A stretch of 64,000 nt of DNA from Sphingobacteriia bacterium (GCA_009924095.1 RFSG01000001.1:14823-78822), one strand, 5' to 3'; counted from the stretch's first letter, positions 40,001 to 49,949 are shown. The notes: generated by a model not told the origin, from the letters alone. Numbers and translations: made by a program.

Positions 40001-41081
40001 TTTTCCTAAAAATCAAAGTGTTGTTACCAAAATCAATGGCGTACAAATTGATACGATAGCCGATACCTTAAAAGCATTGGCTTTAGTTACGATTGAAGGA
40101 GAAGTTCGCGCTGCTGGTTCTACTGAAGTTTATCAATCTTTCAATGGAACAGTACAAGCAACGGTTTTTGATAAAGCTGCAAGATATACCACCATTTTAT
40201 CCCCTTTTAATTTTCGCTGGCAACGCAACCGAATTTTTAATGGAACAGCCACCATTCAAAACGGGTTGTTTCGTTTTCAATTTAGGGTTCCATTAGATAT
40301 TTCATACGAACTCGGGTTGGGTAAGATTAGTTTGTATGTAGAAAATGGCCAAACAGACGGAATAGGCGCTTACGATAAATTTATTGTTGGGGGAACCGAT
40401 ACCTCTGGTGTTGCAGATGTAACAGGACCGGTGATAGATGTTTTTATGAATGATGAAAAGTGGGCTGATGGGGGAATGGTAAATCAGAACCCTTTATTAT
40501 TAGCTAAAATTTATGATGATAGTGGAATAAACACCCTAGGTACGGGCATTGGTCATGAGATTACTGCAATATTAAATAATGATGAAAACAAAAAGTTAGT
40601 ACTCAACGACTATTACTCAGCTCAGAAAGATTCCTACCAAGAAGGAAAAATAAGTTATTCCTATCAAAATCTGGAAGAAGGGCATTATGACTTAAAATTA
40701 AAAGTTTGGGATGTTGCCAATAACTCTTCTGCAGCATCGACACAATTTGTGGTTGCCAACAATGCTCGTCTTGCTCTAGACCATGTATTAAATTACCCAA
40801 ATCCCTTTTCTACCCATACTCGTTTCTTTTTTGAACATAATCAAACAGGAGAAATGCTACAAAGTTTTATTAGGATTTACACCATTTCAGGGAAGTTGGT
40901 AAAAACGCTTCAAAACACCTTCTATGCTGAAGCTAGTTTAAATCAAGATTTAGAGTGGGATGGCCTTGACGATTTTGGAGACCCAATAGGGAAAGGCGTC
41001 TATGTTTACGAGGTAACCGTTAAAGTTTTAGGAAAAGGAGAAACAGCCTCCAAATACGAAAAACTTGTTTTATTACGTTAA
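37032..41081 (+). CDS. porU: Type IX secretion system sortase PorU (peptidase C25 family)
   Basis: 1349 aa. Signal peptide, LLGDGSFDYK, YTGHGGETGW, TATCEFGRWD (C25 His/Cys catalytic region), and a C-terminal LNYPNPFS...KLVLLR CTD-like beta-sandwich. GTG start. Confidence 0.9.
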   Translation: MFSSLDIHKHFLKSFYLKGLFFLVFCLNVGQTSAQQYNSGSLSPENATIKRAENNPKLDLLSSKLMVQGNSVSFSPVYGENQPCFISPLNSVGQGPWFEGAQWDDQIGNLPFKEFRIEVGENERLEILNIEVQNSRLESSNLFSHVSSILGTNYTPNEFPSQSVVLKGLITVKKQHWQIIRIYPIQVNAQGNTLKISQKISFTYKIVSNPTKAIPSASFKTSAVSSLSTGDWYKVSLVEEGMYQLSGQALINAGISIETINPNNLKIFTGHPSMLPQSNEATRIDDIVELPIQVVGDNDGQFNVEDYMVFYAPGPHEIKFDSSLNRLTHLYNVYSDSAYVFLNFEGSPGKRVLNQASLSPNYDPGAFIRQLYFHEDKVNLISSGRQWFGESFDVNPSQILSFPIENPHPDSLIKLSIQVAARAAQATAFSVYIQGVFIGSIAMNGVVLESNTGNYADLRSQTFLVSPSLAVNGSLPVQLVYNRPSATQGSNGWIDFAEVQYAQLKIRSRDQTIFHLPYQAGPGKIFDLSLGNMSSQQLVWEVSDLQNIKNIPFTLSGSTAILGINMAQTGKIAVFTNAQNVLLRPLSIRKINNQNLHGLPQANYLLVTSEELLSQAQQLADFHRSVMNYSVNLVTTGQIYNEFSGGKQDVSAIRDFVRMFYKRAGTDTTQMPNFLCLLGDGSFDYKRRFSSSEINPVPPYESRNSLSQTSSFVSDDFFGFLDDTEGLWGEGTNADPNDPFQTHGLDLGIGRLPAKTPGEAQVLINKIKQYAIGTPLGTWKNSLVLVADYKADEGSIHVSQSDSYSPLIQSQYPALNIDKVFLDYYKGINSAEGFIRFPEAKDALLRALDKGSLVVNYTGHGGETGWSNSRILEVPDIQAINNEGRLPLYLTATCEFGRWDEVDLTSGAELLLLKENAGSIAMLTTVRLVYSGPNQLLNQNFYKYVFGKNTSTGNPYSFGDIYRLTKNDSWGGGINTRSFSLLGDPGIALAFPKNQSVVTKINGVQIDTIADTLKALALVTIEGEVRAAGSTEVYQSFNGTVQATVFDKAARYTTILSPFNFRWQRNRIFNGTATIQNGLFRFQFRVPLDISYELGLGKISLYVENGQTDGIGAYDKFIVGGTDTSGVADVTGPVIDVFMNDEKWADGGMVNQNPLLLAKIYDDSGINTLGTGIGHEITAILNNDENKKLVLNDYYSAQKDSYQEGKISYSYQNLEEGHYDLKLKVWDVANNSSAASTQFVVANNARLALDHVLNYPNPFSTHTRFFFEHNQTGEMLQSFIRIYTISGKLVKTLQNTFYAEASLNQDLEWDGLDDFGDPIGKGVYVYEVTVKVLGKGETASKYEKLVLLR

Positions 41082-41202
41082 TAACACTACAGATGAAAAA
41101 TTACTGGGTTGTTGAGTTGATTGCTTCTGTTTACCTTTGTTCAACACTAAAAAATACGCGCCTATAAAATCCAACCTTTACGCGATTTTTAATTTTTCTT
41201 AC

Positions 41203-42411
41203 ATGTTAATGAATTTGCTTCGATTTCGCATCTCAGGGATGCGCAGGAATACAATAGTGTTCTTGATTTCTCTTATAAACACTTCTCTTACGCTTTCAGC
41301 GCAAAACAACGTGTCTCAAAGTCAAGTTGGGGGATCCGATAATAAACGAGCAATAACCACCGCCGTTCCCTTTTTGATGATTTCTCCAGATTCTCGGCAT
41401 GGTGGATTAGCAGACGCTGGTGTTGCCTTAACCGATAATTCAAATGCTATTTATTGGAATACCTCTGCCCTATCCTTTGTAAAAAAACGCCAGGGGTATG
41501 GATTGAGTTATACTCCTTGGCTAAGAAATCTAGTTCCAGATGTTAACCTTGCTTATGCCTCTGGGTTTAATAGAATTTCAGACCGTGCCGGTACATTGGC
41601 CTACTCGCTCACGTATTTTAGTCTCGGAGAAATCCAAATGACCGATAACAATGGAACGCCTATTGGTACTGCCGGACCCAACGAGTTTTCTATCGCAATG
41701 GGATATACTAACTTAATTACAGATAATTTATCAGTTGGGATTAATCTCAAATGGATCAATAGTAACCTTGCTGCTGGTTCTTCTGCTGGATTGAATACGA
41801 CCAAAGCGGCAAACTCCGTAGCTGCCGATGCAAACCTTACTTATAACAAAGATTTCGTTGCTGGAGGAAAAAAGGGGCCCGGAAATAGCAATACCGGAGA
41901 GGGAGGAATTCCTTTGAGATTAAGAATGGGCGTTAATGTCCAAAATCTAGGTGCTAAAATGAGATACACCAGCACTGGAGATCAAAGAGATTTTATTCCT
42001 TCCAACTTAAAAGTTGGCTATAGCCTTAAAGCACAATTAGACCCCTACAATAGTATCGCATTAGTAAATGATTTTAACAAGTTATTAGTGCCATCGGCCG
42101 GCGGGTCTTCAAACATACCTTTATTAGAGGGTATCTTCGGATCTTTTTCTGATGCACGTGGTGGGTTTTCTGAAGAAATCAAAGAAATCAATACCTCTGT
42201 AGGAGCTGAATATTGGTATAATGATTTATTTGCCATTCGGGGAGGTTATTTTAATGAAAATAGGGATAAAGGAAATCGTAAATATGCTACTGTTGGAGCC
42301 GGTATAAAATATCAAACCCTTGGGTTCGACTTTGCCTATTTAATTCCCTTCATTACCAATCACCCCCTTCAAAACACTATCCGCTTCTCTTTAAATGTCA
42401 ATCTAAACTAA
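41203..42411 (+). CDS. porV: T9SS outer-membrane shuttle protein PorV (LptO)
   Basis: AITTAVPFLMISPDSRHGGLADAGVALTDNSNAIYWN is the PorV signature, with a beta-barrel. ATG at 41203 (or 41239) is preferred over the TTG at 41137. Confidence 0.9.
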   Translation: MLMNLLRFRISGMRRNTIVFLISLINTSLTLSAQNNVSQSQVGGSDNKRAITTAVPFLMISPDSRHGGLADAGVALTDNSNAIYWNTSALSFVKKRQGYGLSYTPWLRNLVPDVNLAYASGFNRISDRAGTLAYSLTYFSLGEIQMTDNNGTPIGTAGPNEFSIAMGYTNLITDNLSVGINLKWINSNLAAGSSAGLNTTKAANSVAADANLTYNKDFVAGGKKGPGNSNTGEGGIPLRLRMGVNVQNLGAKMRYTSTGDQRDFIPSNLKVGYSLKAQLDPYNSIALVNDFNKLLVPSAGGSSNIPLLEGIFGSFSDARGGFSEEIKEINTSVGAEYWYNDLFAIRGGYFNENRDKGNRKYATVGAGIKYQTLGFDFAYLIPFITNHPLQNTIRFSLNVNLN

Positions 42412-42506
42412 TATTTCAATTTTTTCTGTGAGTGCTGTTTATGAAATTTTAACCAAATAGGTGAGGTAATCTTATTTTTCAGTAGTTTAGATTAATGCCT
42501 TAGACT

Positions 42507-42953
42507 ATGACGACCAAATTAAATATCGGTTCTAAAATTCGTAAAATTCGTGAGTTTAAAAACATGACTCAAGAAGAATTAGCAAATCAACTAGAAATGA
42601 CACAAGCTAATTATAGTAAAATCGAAAGAGGTGATTCTGAATTGAAAGTAGAACGGCTTCAAGATATTGCCAAAGTATTAGGTATTGAATTAACAGACCT
42701 AATTAATTTTGATGAAAAAAATATTTTTTTATTTCAACACAATAGAACCGTATCTGGAATTAATGGTACGGTAAATAATCATTACGGAGTAACTGATAAA
42801 GAAAGAGAATTATATGAAATAACGATTAAGTTATTAAAAGAAAAAGTATCAAGTTTGGAATTGCAATTACAAAATGCTGGCCTTAAAACTTTTAATTATC
42901 CAGAAATTGCAGTAAACGAAGATGAACCAAGTCACAAAACTTCAAATAGTTAA
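42507..42953 (+). CDS. XRE-family helix-turn-helix transcriptional regulator
   Basis: IGSKIRKIREFKNMTQEELANQLEMTQANYSKIERG is a canonical HTH_3. The C-terminus is predicted coiled coil. Confidence 0.8.
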   Translation: MTTKLNIGSKIRKIREFKNMTQEELANQLEMTQANYSKIERGDSELKVERLQDIAKVLGIELTDLINFDEKNIFLFQHNRTVSGINGTVNNHYGVTDKERELYEITIKLLKEKVSSLELQLQNAGLKTFNYPEIAVNEDEPSHKTSNS

Positions 42954-42963
42954 TAATCTTTTT

Positions 42964-44271
42964 TTATTTTATCTTTTTACCCGGAATTAATTCGGAGATC
43001 AAAGAATTTAAATCCTCCCATTCCGGAAATCTGACTTGATCGGGTACATCATAAACATCATGATAAAAAGGTGGGCCCCCTTGCGTGTAAATAAATATAG
43101 CGGGTACCCCTATTTGTGTGAAGGGATAATGATCAGAATTCGGCGCATTCCCTCTTTTTGATATTTGTTTTATATACAGATGCTCAGCATTTGATTTTTC
43201 TAATTTATTAAACAATTCAGGATTTTCTTCTCCTCCAACCACTGTAATTCCTTCCTCTCCATTTCCCATTAAATCAAAATTAAGTACATACCGAATTCTG
43301 CTTTTAATATCGGCAGGAATTTTATTGGCAAAATAATTTGATCCTTTTAAACCTGCTTCCTCTCCCCCGAATGCAATAAAAACAAGGGTATGATCGGGTT
43401 TTATTTGCGTTGAATAACGATCAGCCAAACCCAACATAAATGCAATTCCCGAGGCATTGTCATTTGCCCCAAAAAATATTGCTGAATCTTGTTTGCCCAA
43501 ATGATCATAATGGGCACATATAATAATAATTGAATCCGAGTCAATATTTCCGGGTATAGAAAAAACAATGTTTTGAGAATTCACAGTATCTATTTGCATT
43601 TGAATGTCTAATTCTGCTTTGCGTATTTTCTGCCATTTATATTTATTAGAAATTACTTCGATAATTGGAAAGGGATAAGAAAAACCTGAAAAACTTGCAG
43701 TCAATTTTTCCCTTCCCATAAATAATGCACCTGCTTTATATTCAGATGCCATTTTTAATTTAAATGCGGGTTTTGTTTGGGGTTCAAAAATCTTTTGTGA
43801 AATTGATTTTGTAGAATAATCCTCAGGGTATCCTAATTGTGTATACACTGCTTTTCCCTTTACCTTTGATCCTTCCCAATCTTCGCCCATTCCATAATCC
43901 AAGTTTTCAAAATCGAGGCATCCCTGAAAACTTCCACTAGCGGGATATAGAATAAAATCAACCCCTGGTTTTAGGGGTTTATTATCTAATATAACTTTTG
44001 CCTTTTGGCATAAATTAACGGTAAAGGAGAAATATTGATAGCCTTCAGAATAATAATTTGGTTTTTCTATTCCAGGAGTTAGTCCTAGTTTTTGAAATCG
44101 ATTAAAAATATATTGAGCAGCGATTTTATGTCCAACGTTTTGATACCCTCTACCTGCCATTTCTGGCAAGCATAAGTTTTTTACATCTTCAAATGCGGTT
44201 TCAATGGGTTGGGCATGAATACCATTTAAAATTGACAATTCAAGCAATAATAAGGTGAGGAAAACCTTCAT
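42964..44271 (-). CDS. M28-family zinc aminopeptidase
   Basis: Signal peptide MKVFLTLLLLELSILNGIHAQ. AHYDHLG, NDNASGIA and FGGEEAGLKGS motifs. The ATG overlaps the upstream stop (TAATG). Confidence 0.85.
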   Translation of the reverse strand: MKVFLTLLLLELSILNGIHAQPIETAFEDVKNLCLPEMAGRGYQNVGHKIAAQYIFNRFQKLGLTPGIEKPNYYSEGYQYFSFTVNLCQKAKVILDNKPLKPGVDFILYPASGSFQGCLDFENLDYGMGEDWEGSKVKGKAVYTQLGYPEDYSTKSISQKIFEPQTKPAFKLKMASEYKAGALFMGREKLTASFSGFSYPFPIIEVISNKYKWQKIRKAELDIQMQIDTVNSQNIVFSIPGNIDSDSIIIICAHYDHLGKQDSAIFFGANDNASGIAFMLGLADRYSTQIKPDHTLVFIAFGGEEAGLKGSNYFANKIPADIKSRIRYVLNFDLMGNGEEGITVVGGEENPELFNKLEKSNAEHLYIKQISKRGNAPNSDHYPFTQIGVPAIFIYTQGGPPFYHDVYDVPDQVRFPEWEDLNSLISELIPGKKIK

Positions 44272-44858
44272 TAGGGCATATATAAACTTATTGCTGCTGT
44301 ACCATGAGCACCGGCAACCTTGCATAGCTCACGATTTTCAATGGTAATTCCCCCTAAGGCAAATACGGGTATCTCCACCAGTGTACAGATTTTTGAAAAC
44401 TTTTCTACTCCCATGGATGTCTCTCCAGGATGGCTACTCGTTGGAAAAACAGGCGAAAGTATAGCATAGTCCATACCATTAACTGCAGCCTGAATTACCC
44501 CATTTTTAGAGTGTGCTGAAATACCACAAATAATTCCCTTGGGGATGTCTTTGGAAGGATTTCCACGTTTAAAGTGAATGCCTGATGTACCCTCGAAATA
44601 TTTTACTTCCCTAAAATTTGTGAGTACCCGAATAGATTTTACATCCGGCATATCCAAAATCATTCTGAGTGCTCGATGAAAACTATTTTCTTCTTGGTCA
44701 GAATCTCTAACAATTACAGCATCAGCCTCTAATTTTTTACGTTTATGCCACCATAATTCCAATAGTTCCTGTTCGGAAACCTCTGGGTGTTTTTTTCTCC
44801 AAGCACCAATTGTTTTTGTATCCCAAATTGCAATATGATTAAATATACTCTGAACCAT
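44271..44858 (-). CDS. Thiamine-phosphate synthase (ThiE)-like TIM-barrel protein
   Basis: GISAHS...YAILSPVFPTSSHPG...PVFALGGIT matches the C-terminal half of ThiE. The N-terminus is atypical. Confidence 0.6.
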   Translation of the reverse strand: MVQSIFNHIAIWDTKTIGAWRKKHPEVSEQELLELWWHKRKKLEADAVIVRDSDQEENSFHRALRMILDMPDVKSIRVLTNFREVKYFEGTSGIHFKRGNPSKDIPKGIICGISAHSKNGVIQAAVNGMDYAILSPVFPTSSHPGETSMGVEKFSKICTLVEIPVFALGGITIENRELCKVAGAHGTAAISLYMP

Positions 44859-44934
44859 TTATCTCAATGGGTATAAGATTCTAAAATATGAAAAAGAATA
44901 GAAATGTATTAAAATTTTTTAATTCAAAAAAACG

Positions 44935-46893
44935 CTACCCCCCAAATAAACGAATTCCTCTTAGCAGAATTTGTAAATCTAATTCAACAGAATATGTGCG
45001 CGCGTAATAGGTATCCAGTTTTCCCGGGTCTGTATTTGCCTTTTGTCTTTTGGAATTTAACAAATGGCGCATGTTTAAAATCCCATGTTTTATTTTAGGT
45101 AAAGATTGAGAATTATAATTTATGTAGCCTACAATATGATATTTACCAAACAAAACTGAAAACAGATTAGTAATAGCCGCTAATGGGTTTCGGTATATCC
45201 AAAAAGTAATTGGGTAAACCAATAACATACCCAGACTAAATCCAATGTCAAACATTCGCTTTTTAATTCTAGAATCGGGTTGAAACAACTTGAAGGCATC
45301 CGCAAAAGAAACACTGCTGGCATGAATTTGATTAGGGCCTATTAAATAATCTGCCCCTGGAGGTACTATTTTAAATGTTAATTGGTGGTGAAAAAGCTTT
45401 GACATTTCCTCAATAATCGTTCTAGTAGGCATACTTTTGTTGCAGAAAATAACCTCATCTACCCGATACACTTCAATTGCTTCTTCCAATTGATCTATGG
45501 TTCCTAATACTTCTGTTTGATCTTCATTATTAATTGATCCGGATGAAATAATACCAACAATTTCAGGGGAATAATCCATTTCCTTACGAATCATTCTCAA
45601 TACACGAGAGGCTTCTTCTATATCCCCAACCAATAAAACTTTTTTATGTAATTGATCTGCTAGAAATAAATTACCTGTTGAAAATAAATTTAATATTGCC
45701 CGATTAAAAATGCATACAAAAACAGTAAACATAGAGGTTAATCCTACTATTGCTCTTGAATAATTTATTTCAGGGAATAAATAACTTACGGTAGCAATTG
45801 TAATAAATCCTAAAAAGGCAGCACTAATAATATTACGCGACCTATAAGGGGTAGAATATGCTCCAGTTAATTTTAGAAAGAATAGATAAACACCTACATA
45901 TATAGGCGCGGCAACAATGTCAAATGATAAGGGATAACCTCCCCCAGAAACATATTTATGCTGGGTCTCCCAATACCATTTAATTAATTGTATTATGCCA
46001 TAAATTAATATTCCCTCTGTTAAAGGAAATATGGTTTTTTGAAATACCCTAAGAATTACCGATATTCCTGCTCTAAAATAAATGGCAATAGAAATTAAAA
46101 ATGAAAACCATTTAAGATTGCCTTTTGAAAAATGTTTTTGAGCAAAAATCAACATTGCCTGATAAAACGTCTTAACATAATTAAGACTTACTTTTTTAGT
46201 GCTTTCTCCTTTATAATGGATAATTTGGGTACCTGAAAAATAATAATTTTTATATCCTGCTTTTAATATTCGATAGGAAAGATCAATATCTTCCCCGTAC
46301 ATAAAAAAATCTTCGTCTAATAATCCAACAATATCTAAAACCGTTTTTCTTAATAACATAAATGCTCCTGAAAGCACTTGAACTTCGTGGTTTTCATTAG
46401 GATTTAAATATTTGAGATGATATTTACCAAATGTTTTGCTTTTAGGAAAAAGTGTGGACAACCCAAATATTTTATAAAAGGCAACCATCGGTGTTGGAAA
46501 ACCTCTTTTGGATTCTGGTAAAAACTTGCCTTTTCCATCTAACATTCTCACCCCTAGTGCACCGGCTTCAGGGTGGCTATTCATAAACTCTACAACCTTG
46601 ATAAAGGTGTCTTCTTCAACAATTGTATCTGGATTTAATAATAAAATATACTTTCCTGTAGCAAGTTTTATCGCTTGATTATTGGCAACCGAAAATCCAG
46701 TGTTTTTGCGATTAATAATTAATTTTACCCAAGGGAATTTTTCAGCTACTAAAGCAGGACTTCCATCAACAGAATTATTGTCAACTACAAAAACTTCAGC
46801 ATCAATATTTTTAATAGCCTTTTCAACTGAAAATAAAGCTTGTTCCAGAAAATGCCGAACATTATAATTAACAATAACGATTGATAATGTCAT
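44935..46893 (-). CDS. GT2-family glycosyltransferase with a large C-terminal polytopic membrane/sugar-transferase-like region
   Basis: LSIVIVNYNVRHFLEQAL and DNNSVDGS (GT-A DxD region). There are then about 6 TM segments, a CoA-binding-like linker, and KRMFDIGFSL, which resembles the N-terminus of bacterial sugar transferases. Confidence 0.75.
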   Translation of the reverse strand: MTLSIVIVNYNVRHFLEQALFSVEKAIKNIDAEVFVVDNNSVDGSPALVAEKFPWVKLIINRKNTGFSVANNQAIKLATGKYILLLNPDTIVEEDTFIKVVEFMNSHPEAGALGVRMLDGKGKFLPESKRGFPTPMVAFYKIFGLSTLFPKSKTFGKYHLKYLNPNENHEVQVLSGAFMLLRKTVLDIVGLLDEDFFMYGEDIDLSYRILKAGYKNYYFSGTQIIHYKGESTKKVSLNYVKTFYQAMLIFAQKHFSKGNLKWFSFLISIAIYFRAGISVILRVFQKTIFPLTEGILIYGIIQLIKWYWETQHKYVSGGGYPLSFDIVAAPIYVGVYLFFLKLTGAYSTPYRSRNIISAAFLGFITIATVSYLFPEINYSRAIVGLTSMFTVFVCIFNRAILNLFSTGNLFLADQLHKKVLLVGDIEEASRVLRMIRKEMDYSPEIVGIISSGSINNEDQTEVLGTIDQLEEAIEVYRVDEVIFCNKSMPTRTIIEEMSKLFHHQLTFKIVPPGADYLIGPNQIHASSVSFADAFKLFQPDSRIKKRMFDIGFSLGMLLVYPITFWIYRNPLAAITNLFSVLFGKYHIVGYINYNSQSLPKIKHGILNMRHLLNSKRQKANTDPGKLDTYYARTYSVELDLQILLRGIRLFGG

Positions 46894-46898
46894 TCTTT

Positions 46899-47519
46899 TT
46901 ATTGGAGATCCGATTTAGTTGAATATTGTATTCGATTTAATAAGGAACGCGCTAAAGTAATTTCATCTGCATATTCCAATTCACTTCCAACAGGAATTCC
47001 TTTAGCAATACTGGTGATACGCAAATCCTGACGTTTTATTTTTCTACTAATATAAAATGCGGTTGTTTCTCCTTCCATACTTGCACTAAAGGCAAATATT
47101 AATTCTTTCACTTCCTTGTTTTCTATTCGGTTCAATAAGGTATCAATTTTTAATTGATCAGGACCAATACCTTCCATAGGATTGATAATTCCCCCTAACA
47201 CATGATATAGGCCATTAAATTGATGCGTATTTTCTAATGCCATAACATCCCGAGTATCTTCAACCACACAGATTAGTGTTCTGTCTCGTCGAGTAGATAG
47301 ACACAACTGACATATGGTATCATCGGAAATATTATAACACTCTTTACAATAACAAGTATTTGCTCTTAAAGCAAACAGAGCGTTGCTCAAGGATTGAGAT
47401 TCCTCGAGGGGCCGTTTTAATAAATGCATTGCCAATCTTAAGGCTGTTTTTCGACCAATCCCCGGCAGACGAGATAACTCATATACTGCTTGTTCAATGG
47501 TGCGAGAGGGATATTCCAA
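46899..47519 (-). CDS. recR: Recombination protein RecR
   Basis: 206 aa. LPGIGRKTALRLA HhH, CKECYNISDDTICQLC zinc finger, Toprim domain. Confidence 0.95.
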   Translation of the reverse strand: MEYPSRTIEQAVYELSRLPGIGRKTALRLAMHLLKRPLEESQSLSNALFALRANTCYCKECYNISDDTICQLCLSTRRDRTLICVVEDTRDVMALENTHQFNGLYHVLGGIINPMEGIGPDQLKIDTLLNRIENKEVKELIFAFSASMEGETTAFYISRKIKRQDLRITSIAKGIPVGSELEYADEITLARSLLNRIQYSTKSDLQ

Positions 47520-47540
47520 TGCTTGATTTATTTAGTAAGG

Positions 47541-48731
47541 TTAGGAAATAATTCCTAATTCCTTTCCTGTTTCTGTAAATGCCTGTATCGCTTTGTCGAG
47601 ATGGGCTAGTGTGTGTGCTGCAGAAAGTTGAACCCTAATTCTGGCTTGACCTTGTGGGACAACCGGAAAATAAAACCCGATCACATAAATCCCTTTAGAT
47701 AACAATTTCTCTGCAAAGGTCTGGGATAACTTTGCATCGTACAACATCACAGGAACAATTGGGTGAATACCTGATTTAATATCAAAACCTGCGGCAGTCA
47801 TTTTTTCTCTGAAATATTTTGTGTTTTCCTCTAATTGATCCCGTAAGGTTGTGGTTTCTGATAACATATCAAACACCGCAATCGAAGCCCCTACAATGCT
47901 GGGTGCAAGTGTATTTGAAAATAAATATGGACGAGATCTTTGTCTTAATATTTCTATGATTTCTTTTTTACCAGAAGTAAACCCTCCAGAAGCTCCCCCT
48001 AAAGCTTTACCAAGGGTTCCGGTAATAATATCAACACGCCCCATCACTTCTTTTAATTCAATTGCGCCCCTTCCTGTTTTACCTAAAAAACCAGTAGAAT
48101 GACATTCATCTACCATTACTAAGGCTTTATATTTATCTGCTAAATCACAAATTTTATCTAATTGTGCGATAGTTCCATCCATAGAAAAAGAGCCATCGGT
48201 TACAATCATGCGATTTTTTTTATGCGCGGATTCTTTCAGTTTTTGTTCTAATTCAGCTAAGTCATTATGTGCATACCGCTGACGTTCTGCTTTACAAAGC
48301 CTTACTCCATCAATAATACTAGCATGATTTAATGCATCGGAAATAATTACATCCGACTCATTTAACAATGGTTCAAATACGCCTCCATTTGCATCAAAAG
48401 CCGCTGCATACAAAATGGTGTCCTCTGTCTGTAAAAAGGTGGAAATCTTTGACTCAAGGGTTTTATGTATGTCTTGAGTTCCACAAATAAACCTAACAGA
48501 TGATAAGCCAAAACCATGTGTATCAATTGCGTTTTTAGCTGCCTCAATTACTTTAGGATGAGAGGATAATCCTAAATAATTATTGGCACAAAAATTCAAA
48601 ACCGTTTCACCAGAAGCAATTGTTATTTCTGCTCCCTGAGGACTGGTAATAATTCTTTCTTTTTTTAATAAGCCAGCCTCTTCAATTTCTTTAAGGGTTT
48701 CGGTTAACTGGGGTTTTAGAGTTTCATACAT
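47541..48731 (-). CDS. kbl: Glycine C-acetyltransferase (2-amino-3-ketobutyrate CoA ligase)
   Basis: 396 aa alpha-oxoamine synthase. NFCANNYLGLS, DECHSTGF, TLGKALGG. Confidence 0.9.
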   Translation of the reverse strand: MYETLKPQLTETLKEIEEAGLLKKERIITSPQGAEITIASGETVLNFCANNYLGLSSHPKVIEAAKNAIDTHGFGLSSVRFICGTQDIHKTLESKISTFLQTEDTILYAAAFDANGGVFEPLLNESDVIISDALNHASIIDGVRLCKAERQRYAHNDLAELEQKLKESAHKKNRMIVTDGSFSMDGTIAQLDKICDLADKYKALVMVDECHSTGFLGKTGRGAIELKEVMGRVDIITGTLGKALGGASGGFTSGKKEIIEILRQRSRPYLFSNTLAPSIVGASIAVFDMLSETTTLRDQLEENTKYFREKMTAAGFDIKSGIHPIVPVMLYDAKLSQTFAEKLLSKGIYVIGFYFPVVPQGQARIRVQLSAAHTLAHLDKAIQAFTETGKELGIIS

Positions 48732-48775
48732 GGTTTGTGGGTGTTATGGTGCGTTTAAATGTGTCTTCCTGTAAG

Positions 48776-49927
48776 TTAAATGGCCTTTCTAGGTGTACTA
48801 CCTCTTCCAATATAAATTGCATCTAACAATTGGTCTGACGTTTTAGCAGAAAGCGTATCCCAATGATTAGAAGAATAAATATATCGAATTAAGGTAGATC
48901 CTGATCTTATGAATAATTCTTCTTTTGTGTTGCCTGAAAATTGAGGTTGATCAATACATTTAGAAATCAATTGTTTTGCTTCTGAATCCATTAAGATTAA
49001 TTGATCTTCAGATAAAACTACCCATAGATTCTCTTTAAGTAAAATAATCGCCTGAGGGGATTGTGGTAAGTAACAATATTGAGGGCCCAATTGCTTTGAA
49101 AAAACAACCCCATAACTTGCGGGTTCCTCTGGAAGTCGGCTGTAAATTCCTCCAACTCTAATTCCATCTGAAGCGGATACCCCCATATAACCCTGGCCTG
49201 GTCTGAACAAGCCTAAGGTATCTACCCTTCCTGTCTTTTTTTCCAAATTGTAGCAATACTGCAATATATATTTGTCTTCCTGAAGAACAGAGATAATATC
49301 TTTCCCATCATTAGATGGGGTCAGATGTAATATTTCATTTGAATTTTTAAATAAAACTTTTGTTGCTCTGGGATTAGAAGGATCGAATCTAATTAATGAA
49401 ACTTGCGAATCGGTTATTTCTTCCAAATAAATAGCCGGTTCAGAAGAATTATACCAATAATTTCCTAGCAAAGTTGAATTCGGAGTTGAATAAATCAACT
49501 TAACCTGACCTGTTTCCGGTACCCATTGATATAAATAACTTCCCCCATCGGTACTAGTATCATGGACTGTTTGGGTTTCTAATCCTAAAAACCCACCCGC
49601 TTGATAAGTGCGAAGAATAAAATCTGTGAAGGTTGCTGAGGGTTGCAAAACCGGTGAATCATAAAAATCTGAAAACAATCCCCCTGAAGGATTTCCTTTA
49701 GATTGTAAAATTATTTCATGGCTATATTTTTCCGATTGGAATTTTGAATCCCAGCTTAACCATCTAATTGTGGAATAGTTTCTATCCATCAGAAATAGTT
49801 GAATATCCTCATTCGATCCGAATGTGTCGTTTCCAATACCGTCTTCTGGAATATTTTCTTCTTGACCTTTACAGGCAAAAAGCATCAGGGTGAATAATAT
49901 TACAACCCAATGATACAATATATTCAT
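48776..49927 (-). CDS. Hypothetical lipoprotein
   Basis: Start reassigned to MNILYHWVVILFTLMLFACKGQ (lipobox). No recognisable domain. The track's extension to 50140 overlaps the divergent gene. Confidence 0.5.
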   Translation of the reverse strand: MNILYHWVVILFTLMLFACKGQEENIPEDGIGNDTFGSNEDIQLFLMDRNYSTIRWLSWDSKFQSEKYSHEIILQSKGNPSGGLFSDFYDSPVLQPSATFTDFILRTYQAGGFLGLETQTVHDTSTDGGSYLYQWVPETGQVKLIYSTPNSTLLGNYWYNSSEPAIYLEEITDSQVSLIRFDPSNPRATKVLFKNSNEILHLTPSNDGKDIISVLQEDKYILQYCYNLEKKTGRVDTLGLFRPGQGYMGVSASDGIRVGGIYSRLPEEPASYGVVFSKQLGPQYCYLPQSPQAIILLKENLWVVLSEDQLILMDSEAKQLISKCIDQPQFSGNTKEELFIRSGSTLIRYIYSSNHWDTLSAKTSDQLLDAIYIGRGSTPRKAI

Positions 49928-49941
49928 ACAATTTAAGAGTA

Positions 49942-49949
49942 CAAAAGTA
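49942..49949 (-). promoter_or_regulatory. Bacteroidota -7 promoter box (TACTTTTG)
   Basis: Exact TAnnTTTG on the minus strand, 14 nt upstream of the ATG at 49927. Confidence 0.4.

Noticed and set aside
41093-41167. A 24-codon ORF (MKNYWVVELIASVYLCSTLKNTRL) between porU and porV.
   Set aside because: It is too short, has no recognisable motif or supporting signal, and overlaps the possible 5' region of porV.
44859-44934. A TPP riboswitch upstream of the ThiE-like gene.
   Set aside because: The 76-bp AT-rich leader lacks the conserved CUGAGA and pyrimidine-sensing helix sequences and is too short.
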